Below, in pieces: positions 25,201 through 35,682 of a stretch of 64,000 bases of DNA. This DNA is from Antedon mediterranea. Taxonomy: Eukaryota; Animalia; Echinodermata. The notes under the pieces are model-generated. The model was given only the letters and a program-made list of their open reading frames with translations, was not told the DNA's origin and ran no database searches. Location: positions 2,852,001 to 2,916,000 of the forward strand of contig NC_092673.1 in the NCBI RefSeq assembly GCF_964355755.1. Direction: 5' to 3'. A program made the translations under genes and the position numbers. Positions within the stretch are counted from its first letter, which is position 1; every line of letters begins with the position of its first letter.

Positions 25201-26849
25201 CACATTTTGTTTTGTCTCTGTGTAGACAGAGCTTAATACTAGTGAATAGTTTAGTACTTTGCAACAATAAGTATATATAGCAAAGATCTTCAGAATTATT
25301 AATATATTTTAATTATTATATTTATATATATTAACGTGTTTGCCTTCCAATCCCAAGGTCCGGGGTTCAATCCTGACCTAGTGCCAGGGTTGTAACTCGC
25401 GACTCTTTCAACTCCACTCCCTAAAGCGTGGTTCCCACTAGCGACGCAACGCAAGGACGCAACGCAAGTGAATTGACCAATCACAAGCGATGGCTTATTC
25501 GCTTGTGATTGCTAACTGTCTATAACTTCGCTTGTCATTGGTTAAAACGCTTGCGTTGCGTTTACGTCCTTGCGTTGCGTCGCTAGTGGGAACCACACTT
25601 AAGCCTCAAATGAGACTTAGTTTATAAGCACGATACAGTATTATTTTATTCGTCATGTAATTGGCTACACTCGCTGTTTGATTGCGTGTAAAATAAAAAA
25701 AAAAAAAAAAAAAATACCATGCATAAAACATTATACAAGTCAACACCGTATGCTCACGAATTATTTAAAAGGCAATACACCAGTATATTATGACCTGTTA
25801 ATTAATCAACAATAAATAACAGAACAGCAATAAACTGATAGATTTATTAATATCTAACTATTTTTGTGTCCTGCTGGTGGTATAACAGGCGTGAAATAGA
25901 TTTGCACTTTTACACAGTTAATATCAAAGAAAGTCGAGAACATTTCTGCTTTTCTCTTGTTTATCTGTGCCAGCTATTAAAGTGTTTTACATTTTTTTTC
26001 AAACCTACAAGATAATTAAAAAACATTTCTATTATTATTGACGTTTGAAATAAATAGCAATGATATAAAATCATATAGCATGATTGCGAAGCGGTAGTAG
26101 ATCCTATAAAAAAAACCTACGTCAGCCTGATTAGAGTGTAAGATCATTTGAGAGAAATTTTTCTTTTGTACAGAGATTTTGTCGAAAAATGGGCAAATAT
26201 TACTAACTTAAATAATTATCACGTATACTATTATATTAAAAAAAAATATTTTGATGATTATCATTAAACGGTAGACCTACCTTCCAGAGCGGTTAAGTAT
26301 CATCTCTGTTCCGCACTTGTTGAATGCACGCCATAAGTCAGAGTTCTCCAGGATAACGGTTATGTCACCCACAGAACACGTCGACGGGGACTGCTGCAGT
26401 GTCTCCTCGCTGGTTCCACCTTGTTGTTTATCTTGCTGTAAAAGAGGAGACATCGTATGTTTTGAATGAAGTTGTTTAACCTCTTGTAGATCATTTCTTG
26501 CAACTCTTGTCGCACTGTTGTAAGAGCGAGGGAAAGCATAACTGGAGTAATTTCTAGCAAATCCTTGTCTGATTTTAGTGATTTCTTCATCAATTCCATC
26601 ATCAGAAGAATCAATTAGATAGTTTGGTCTTTCGTTCGCTGCCTCCTCTTGTTTGACGGATTTCATGGTAACACCTTGCATGTCAGATGGGCGGCGATAG
26701 TTTGGCTTGTGTCTCTTTGCCTGGAGATGGTACGGATGATGGTAGGGATGTTGGTGATAATGCTCGGATTCATTGGACTCGGAAAGTTTCTTTCCCAAAA
26801 TGTCATCAATTGAGAATGGCGTAGCGGCGTCTGAAGATTGCGACGACAT
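22240..26849 (-). CDS. T-box transcription factor (divergent, subfamily uncertain); exons 26281-26849, 24751-25018, 23809-24026, 23195-23268, 22240-22886
   Basis: LWRAFNKCGTEMILNRSGRRMFP, HADSPNTGAYWMK, LHSMHKYKP and [28 protein letters not shown]. N-terminal eh1 FSIDDIL. Splice phases are consistent. Confidence 0.92.
24099..24277. mobile_element. MITE family B (other copies 25425-25599, 29077-29224, 30125-30270, degenerate 13660-13770)
   Basis: TIR AGC(T/G)TGGTTCCCACTAG with long internal inverted ACGCAAGGACG/CGTCCTTGCGT arms; TAA/TTA-like flanks. Confidence 0.8.
24281..24481. mobile_element. MITE family C (other copies 51992-52174 and split 12697-13655)
   Basis: TIR GCCAATTTACACAG / CTGTGTAAATTGGC and shared internal GCGTAGCTTGTCCC...TATCCTGAGC. 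Confidence 0.75.
25425..25599. mobile_element. MITE family B copy
   Basis: Near-identical inverted copy of 24099-24277 with TAA flanks. Confidence 0.8.
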
Positions 26850-28763
26850 TGATATGTTATTGCAGAACAAGTGTCGAGTTGAAAATAAACAGACAACTGG
26901 CGAATTATCGTTTGCGCGCTCTTATTTAAGAATACCTGCAAAAGAAAAATTGCACAGATTGCATGCTAATTAGGAGATGCGCAGAACGGTATTTGTTAAT
27001 ACAACAAAATGCACAAAAGAAATTCACGTTATTGTTTTATCGTCACTATCGCCGGTGATATTAAACACCATATTATAATGTAGTAGGTGTGTAGTATCAC
27101 CAACGACAGTTATAGGACGATAAAACGATAAGCCTTATATGGAGAGACGTTACGATTTTTCTTCGAAGGGTCATTAATATTAAATACAGTGGTTTTTTTC
27201 TCATCGAGTTTCAAATTGAAGTTGTGTTGATTGTACCTGCATTTATTTGTTTCATAAGTTGGCTCTTTATAATTAGTAATACATAGGCCTACTATAGTAT
27301 TAATATCGCCTTTTCAACACAATATCAATCTGTTAACCAATTTGTTTTACCAAATATTTCGCATAAAAAAGATATATATACGACCTATGCCTATAAATAC
27401 CTCTTCAAACATTTTCTATAAAGCTCTGTCTACACTATCAATCTTTATGTGACAAAAAAATGTGATGTGCCCATATATACACTGTATAACAATACCTAAA
27501 GCCTTGTCTACACTATCAATTTTTATGTGACAAAAAAAAATGTGATGTGCCCATATATGGACATGATGATGTCATATTACTACCATATTTAAGCATATCA
27601 CACTTTTTTTGTCAAAATAATTTGATAGTGTGAACAGAGCTTTAGGATAAATACAACTTCCTAAAAATGACATTGAATTTTTTATGAGATATAAAACTTA
27701 AGCTCCACCCGGTAATTTCAAAATACATTACACTTCCATACCACCAAACCGATGAGAATACTAAGCAGAGTACACTATCAAACTAGTTTAACAAAAAAAG
27801 TGTGATGTGCCCAAATATGGTAGTGATATGACATCATCATGTCCATATATGGGCACATCACATTTTGTTGTCACATAACGTTTGATAGTGGTAGACACAA
27901 ACGAGTTATTTATTTGGGGTAGATATAAGTTGTCTTTTTTCAAATGTTTAAAAGCTAACGAACTATATGGGGGGATTCATTATTAACAATTTTCCTTAAG
28001 CTACATCAAAAATACGTGTGAACGCAACTTACAAAAACAATAAATAACACATTACTTTCATTAAGTAAAAGCCTATTGCAATTTAATGGACATTCACATG
28101 GTTTTCTTACCAAAAGGTGTGAGGCAATGTCATACCTATTGTCTAACATAACTAGTTCTCACCAATGTTACGTGCCATGATTGTGATAGACCTAGTGACG
28201 TCATACGTCTTTAATTAAAATGATTGCCAATTATCTGTAACTTAATTTATATTTGGAGATTCTCACGGGTTGTGTGGTAAATGTCTTTATAGTATTGTAT
28301 TGTCGCTAAAATCATTTAATTACACAATATTATGGATAATTGAAATACACGTATATATCAGGCGATCATGAAAAGTGCTTCTTTGTGAGGGTTACTGGTG
28401 CGTTTACAAACAGTAAAGTTGACGCGTTCGTACAACAACAGGCGCATCGATGAAAAGTGCTTCTTTGTGTTCGGTGTTACTGGTGCGTTTTACAAACAGT
28501 AGAATTGACGCGTTCGTATTAGGGACCGCCGGACGCCATTGTTGTCTACTGTACTGTAATTCTTTGTTCTTTGTATGTTTCAATATCAATTAATTTGAAG
28601 TAAAAAAAAAGGCGCACCTACCAAGCTTATATCAATTATTTTATTCATTATTATATGCATTATATTATGTATTTCTATCATAACGAAATTGTTAATACCA
28701 GTAAAATTAAATATTATAAACTAAAAGTAATCTATATCTTAAAATTAAATTACAGTCATGTCA

Positions 28764-31700
28764 TTATACGCCATTGCATATTTTCATTTTTCCATTCCTC
28801 ATTTCCATTGAAGTAAGGACAGGGCTATTGGATTTTAAACTTTTCTTTAGACTTCCAGCAGCACGGCGTATCAATAACGCGGTCTTTTTATTTGACTGGT
28901 TTCCACGCTTTCCTTGTTTTTGAACGCCTGCAAACGACGGCGGCGATGGAAGGCGATGGATGCGTTCTTGTAAATCCTAAGAGCAGAAGAAAAAGTCGAG
29001 CGTAAAAACGTTATGGTATTCTAAATATTGTTTAAAAAAGGGGCATCATTTTAATACTGACAGCGACTATGATTAAAGCTTGGTTCTCACTAGGACGTAA
29101 CGCGAAGACGTAGACGCAACGCAAGCGAGTGACCAATGTGACAAGCAACTGTTCGAATATTCTATCGTTTGTGATTGGTCAACTCGCTTACGACGTCCTT
29201 GCGTTGCGTCATAGTGGGAACCATGGAAGCTTTACCTTGAAAACTCCTGCGCTGGATGGTCTTCTCCTTTTGACGACAACTTTCTTCTTCGACGATGTAG
29301 TTGGCTCATCATCGTCATCAGAAAACAGCTTACGTTTAACAGCGTTAAGTTGGCGTTTGTTAGTTGTTGCCCGAGAGGTACCTGCCACTGGAGTCGGGGT
29401 TTCATTTTCTGGAGGGCTACGCAACGCCCCAATGCCCCTAACAGGTGTCTTTTGGAAATCCGGTCTAGCTTTTTTAGACAAATCTGGTTTAGGAATGCGA
29501 GGCGGCTTCGACTCATCATCATCAGAAAACAGCTTACGTTTAACAGCGTTAAGGTGACGTTTGTTAGTTGTTGCCTGAGAGGTACCTGCCACTGTTGTCG
29601 GGGTTTCATCATCTGGAGGGCTACGCAACGCCCCGATGCCTCTAACAGGTGTCCTTTGCAATTTTGGTTCAGCTTTTTTAGAAGACGTTCGGGACTTAGC
29701 GCCTGAAGTGGGTGCACTGCGTGGTCGTGACGTATTACGTTTCCTGGCAGACGACTTTTTCTAAATTATAACAAGAAATGGTTAAATTACTGGTGTGATA
29801 ATTAATTTTACTTTTCATAAAATATGAAGTTTATTGGAAAAATATGGTAGCATTTCCTCACCGAATCTTGGATAGCCATTTCTTGTAGAAAATCATCTAC
29901 CGTTTTGCCTTTCTTTAATTGCTTATCAAGATTTTTGAAGTTTCCTCGATTTGAAGAAAATTTAACATGCTTGACTGAATTCAGATGCGCTATAACGTTC
30001 AAAAATCTGCAAAAGAAAAGCATGGTCCTAAGATAGCATCGTATTCGTACTTACGTTTACCTGTACCGTATTATATTTTTGTCGTTTAATCGGGGTTTTT
30101 TCATATACAATGATGCCATTCTCAAGCTTGGTTCCCACAAGGACGTAAACGGAACGCAAACGCGTTCACCAATGACAAGTGAAAGTTCGAATAATCCATC
30201 GCTTGTGATTGGTCAACTCACTTGCGTTGCGTTACGTCCTTGTGCTGCGTTTCTAGTGGGAACCAAGCATAACGCTTTGTCTACACTATCAAACTAGTTT
30301 GACAAAAAAAGTGTGATGTACCCATGGTAGTGATATGGCCAAATATGTATAGTAATATGACATCATCAATCCATGGGCACATCACATTTTTGTCACATAA
30401 AGTTTGATAGACAGAGCTTCATAATCGAAACGTAACCGTCATGTCGTATACGCCTACCTTACGTTACAAGATTCGCAATACCCAGGTTGATTAGCACCAG
30501 TAATAGCGGCACGTCTCGTCGATTTACCAGTGGGAGCAGTTTCCTTTTCAGCATGTCTGGTGCTAGGCCTACTGTTAGTTGTGATCGTTGGCCATTCATA
30601 GATGTTTTTAACAATGGGTCGATATGCTCTGATGAGGGAAAGATTATATGGGTTACAATTTTTTCACGCTGCTGCTTTAGCCCGCTACGTCCCAGAGGAT
30701 GACTCATTAAGAAACCGAAAGTAAAACAGCAGTTATATATCTCAGGTTGACAGTTTTGCTAAAATGCATAATCGACTGTAATTTATAGGTACCACCAAAA
30801 AACGGAAAGAGTCTAACGGTTGAATGACAAATCCCAAAGCATTTGTGGTATTTATGAGTCCCATGATTCGCTGTCAGATGATACTTCACACTTGAATGAA
30901 GTATCTAGGGTGATGAAGTGACCCCCAGACTTGACCTTAGCAATAAAAATAAACTAAAGTGACTAATATGAAACACAGACTCTGTAACAAAAAAATAATA
31001 TTTGTTCACATAAAAAAAGAAACGAAACGTTTAATTATAACTAAAAAACCATTGTCTGACAGACAATTTAAGTATTTTTTGCTTTAAATTACATTTTTTT
31101 CAGGTAAAATAACTATTATGTGACAATAAAATGACACATTCAAACACAAATTTGAAATAAAAAATATTTTTCAGAGGGACAATATATCTTTAAAACTGTT
31201 ACGTCAATAAGCGAGCAGCGTTTTTTGTAAGAAATATTTCTTGTATACTTTAGTATGAACTATAATAGTGCTCAGAACGTAGATCAAACCATGAAGATGA
31301 TGATTATTCTTATCAACATTGAGTTCCAACCTTATGTTCAAAGAAAGTAAAATTCCTTCTTTTATGATTTTTTAAGAAAATCGATACAAGTGTAGACTTA
31401 ATTCAAGTGAAAGTGTTTTAGTCTCAACGATTATAGACAACGTCTTATATAAGTCAAAGATAATTAATTTTACTTTCTATGGACCAACAGAGATTCCGAA
31501 ATAAAAGATTGAATGAATGAATGAATTATGATGAAACTACAAATATAAAATAAAATGTGAAAACCATTTTGCTCCATTTTGCGGGTTCTCTAACCTTGAG
31601 TTATCTTCCACTTTTAACACATTTCTTCTACCTTTTGGTGATCGACTGACTTTTGTAATTTGTGGTGGAGTTCGTCTCGGTTTAGTCACTTTTGTTAGTG

Positions 31701-33073
31701 AATTTATCCAATTTGAGACATCTACAATTAATATAAAATATGTACAGTAAATGTAATACAGAAAGCTGTCATTCATTCATTCATCAGTGGAAAATTACTT
31801 CCATTTATTGTCATTTGCATATACAATATACATGGAAATGGTGTATGCTCGAAAAAAGATAAATAAAAAAAAAACAATTACACACATCACATCACTCTCG
31901 TACAGTATACTGACAAGCATTCAGTGCTCAAATGGTAATAAAAGCTGTTACAAAACCTATTTGTACAAGAGATAAAAGGTAGGTAAAAGAGGTAAAACTT
32001 CTACCGCTACCTAACACCTCAAAATGCTATTTACATATTACCATCGCCATGATTATCATACTCATGCGAAATCATCTCCGTCAGATCATCACATGTATCA
32101 TGGCCATAGCAATTTTTTTTTGCCAAAAAAAAAAAAAATTTTGTGCCGCTCCTTTAGACAGAACGGAAGCATTAGGAAACTTTTACCATGCGGTCGCTTA
32201 TAATTTACTACGACTGAAACATTGGTATTTGAAAACTCTGACTGGACATGCGCACCCCAAATCACGTCTGGGAAATAACATTTGCTGATAAATAATTGAG
32301 ATGCATGTAGACGGTAGTTATCGTCAGATAAGCGGCGTTTTTTGTAAGAAATATTTCTTGTTTGATTGTACCAACCATCGATATGTTTGATTTCTGCTCG
32401 TTGCAGTTCAGCTTTCTCTAAAACTTCTTTCCTAGCATCCTTTGAAAAAAAAGATTTAATATGGTAAAAATAATATAATACAAGACAAAAATAAGTGTAG
32501 ATATTTATATTATTCGGCAAAATCATAGGCCTTATTCATAGTTTATGGTTACTGCGAATATCATACTTACTTTAGTTGAATTCCTAGATGTAGGTCGAGC
32601 CCTAGATCTGAAAATAAAAAAAAACAACTTTTATCTCAGTATTATCACCGTAAATCATAAATATTTTCTCCAACATGTATTCTTCATCCTTCGTAAATTT
32701 ATCATAACCTTTGTTACGTTTCAATAAATATCTAAAGCTCTGTCTACACACTATACAACTTTATGTGACAAAAAAATGTGATGTGCCCATATATGGACAT
32801 GATGTCATGTCACTACCATATTTGGGCACATCACTCTGTTTTGATAGTGTAGACAGAGCTTAACAGATACTTTACTAACCGTAGAGTTCGTACTCCAAGC
32901 TGTTGATTAGTTATCAAAACATTGACCGATTTTGTAAAGTTGTGTAGAACGCTAGCGCCAAGACTTCTGAGGCGTATTTCAAGAGCTCGTGTCCTGCTTG
33001 CTGGGCTTCCCTTTAAATCCAAAAAGAATATCTTTTTCGAAAGCACTTTTTGCTCGTTTTGCGATTTCGGCAT
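28764..33073 (-). CDS. DBF4: DBF4-family CDC7 kinase activator; exons 32880-33073, 32571-32607, 32376-32439, 31595-31721, 30459-30628, 29862-30006, 29236-29760, 28764-28976
   Basis: Motif N (LSKKIFFLDL...LRSLGASVLHNFTKSVNVLITN), motif M (LKVEDNSRAYRPIVKNIYEWPTI) and motif C zinc finger (PGYCESCNVRFLNVIAHLNSVKH) joined in frame. Orthologue versus paralogue is unresolved. Confidence 0.8.
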
Positions 33074-33328
33074 TTTGGTAAAAGAACCGGCCACCAAGAG
33101 GACGAGTACTATTAGACTACTGTAACGTATGTTGCTATGGTGGATGCGTGTGCGACACTAGTTAATCTATCCTAGCAACTGATCGCGTGCCGAGTGTTGC
33201 GTACGTAACGGCGACCGTATAATAATCTTCCCAGCAACAGATGATTACGTCTTGACTTCACCCGAGTAAAATTGTCACGTTTCCACTTTCATGATGATAA
33301 AACAATCTATAACAGTATATATATACAA

Positions 33329-33504
33329 TAGCCTATATACTTGCACTGATGAAGGGCTAGTGTTGCCCGAAACTCTGCTAACTTTTCTGGCTGTTTTACT
33401 TACCGTTTTGATTTAGCTTTTCGCTTTTTTTTGTATCTCCATTGAGATCCAGCCACATGATACCCACAGTATTGTCATTTTTTCAGTAATTTGCCTTTGG
33501 AAGT
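33329..33504 (+). mobile_element. Solo Penelope-like pseudo-LTR with a hammerhead motif (33342-33378)
   Basis: GCA-CTGATGA-A-GGGC-TAGTGTT-GCCC-GAAA-CTC-TGC. Flanked by the 15-bp direct repeat AGTATATATATACAA. Body is shared with 60011-60160. Confidence 0.6.
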
Positions 33505-33938
33505 AGTATATATATACAAATACAATATATCTTTTCTTCAATATTTATTTAATTCTACAGTAATACAAACACCTCACGGAGGTCATACTGGAGGTCATAC
33601 TGTACATTTCAGTTTACAGAATACAGTAGATAATTCTAAACGAACTACACTATAATCATTATCACTTTTTAGGTCGAAGGTGGTTATGATAATTTCAATC
33701 TAATCATCAATTATTAAATATCACTGTTCAGGCTTAATTGTGCGAGTATGGTTGTTTTTGCTAATTATCGTTTTGGTGGGTGGGTCACCAACTTACACAC
33801 ATGTAAATTAAAGGCCTAATGTCAATTTATATTTATAAATTTACTGAACCCACAATACTAATTGATTAAACATTCAATTTGTATACATTATGTTAACCTA
33901 TTATGTGTCATTATATAAAATTAATATCAGTTTAACTA

Positions 33939-35178
33939 CTATTGATATTGTGCTAATGTTGCCTTCATTCTCTTCATCATAGCTGGTAAAATTGCTATAT
34001 GTTTATCTCCACACTTGACTAGACACCCTTCTATCTCTCCTCTCAAGGCATCTACTTGTTGTTGACTGGCTCCTGGTGATAGCCGATCTTTTACATCATC
34101 CTGACATTGTATTGCACACCGCTGTAGCCTTTCCTGAAATAGAAATATTTTTTGTTATTAAATTAATTCGTAAGAGTGACCACTATACAAAAAAATTGGA
34201 ACACGTAACAGTTAACACTAACAAAACAACCTGTAATTACGAGCATAACGGCTATGAGCGCTCACTGGATAAACTCAGGGGCCCCCAGAGCTCAAGTGAC
34301 TCCAGAGCATGAGCAGTCCAATGCAACTATCCAGCGTTGGAGGGCACCTTAGGAGTGCTAAACCAGGGCCGGGCCTTTGCCCTGTACATTACGCCACTAG
34401 TAATTGTAGTTTATTGTAAGGTATAATTTTACCACTCCTATACACTGACTGTATAGCTTCTCTCACTATCCTTAATAAGTAGGCTATGTCGTTGTGTTGA
34501 AAGATTCCCGATTATACCATCATCATGGACCTATAGCATATTTATATAGGTCCATGATAACATCATAATACCTGGTAATCTTGCAGTTCATGTTGAATTG
34601 TGTTCTGTGCTTGTTGTAAGGGCTGTGAGCATCGTTCAATACAACGTTGAGCTTCCTCCATACTGCTTGAAGTATTATCACAACATTTTGCACTGCAACG
34701 ATACATATTTCCCTGTCGTGAAGAAAGACATAATTCACACACACATTCATATGATAATTTATCATCTTTTCCTTTTTATCTAAATCATGGGCCTAACCTA
34801 CCTAGGCACTAAAGTGTTGTGTTTAAAAATATATTTGAATGTTTATAAAAATTTCATAACTTCACTTTATATAGAAACTCCAAACATTTTAAGCTAGGCC
34901 TAGACATCTACTAGTACTAGGCCTATGTGTCCGCAGTCACGCTATTCGAGCCGTTAATCTCCTCCTAGCTAGCTCACTCATGCCACCAAAGCTCCCGGCT
35001 TAGCTAGTAGCCTACCTAAACGTATTACACCTGTAGTACTACTAAATACTATTTAAATCATTAAAATAAGTTATTATGCCTATTACTGTACCTGCATTTT
35101 GCGAATATGCTGAGTATCTAACTCTTTTACAAGGTCTCCAACGGCCTTTTCAACACGTGCTTGTACCTGCTCCGCCAT
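33939..35178 (-). CDS. FAM136A: FAM136A family protein; exons 35092-35178, 34572-34712, 33939-34133
   Basis: MAEQVQARVEKAV...HIRKMQGNMYRCSAKCCD...QRCIERC...QERLQRCAIQCQD, with twin CX3C motifs. Confidence 0.93.
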
Positions 35179-35682
35179 TTTTCGATTTATAGAAAGTACC
35201 GTAACATCAAACGAATTAGGCGTCATTGATGCGTCATAAAAACTTATGTGTTATTCTACAAAACATAATGGACAGTTTTTTTTCAACTTTATTATCATTA
35301 AATCAAGTTTCTAATACTAAAACTTAATATTGATGATATAGAAGACAATATTGGTATTTAATTTAATATATGTATTTAACAAAGGTGCGTTTATAACGCG
35401 TTTATTACGGATGAGACGCAAAATACAATTGCCTACTCTAGAATTTAAAACCCAGCAAAAAAGGGAAATTCCCTTTTTATAATGTCATTGTTTGTAAACG
35501 TTGCATTTTTATGCAAATAAAAAATTATTTACGTTAGGACTGTACACAAATATTTGTTTTATGATTTACTTATATATAAATATATATTAACACTTTTTAA
35601 AATATAATAATCCAAAAATAAAATGGAAATGAAAATAATATTTCCAGTTTGGTTGGGTCACAAAAAAACAAGGAACTTCCAC

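Noticed and set aside
29129-29717. Overlapping alternative-frame and antisense ORFs over the DBF4 exon
   Set aside because: Shadows of a GC-richer duplicated coding exon, with no independent homology.
31218-32361. 27-bp identical segment in two DBF4 introns (31218-31244 and 32335-32361) as alternative exons
   Set aside because: No consistent splice sites or DBF4 homology; more likely a repeat fragment.
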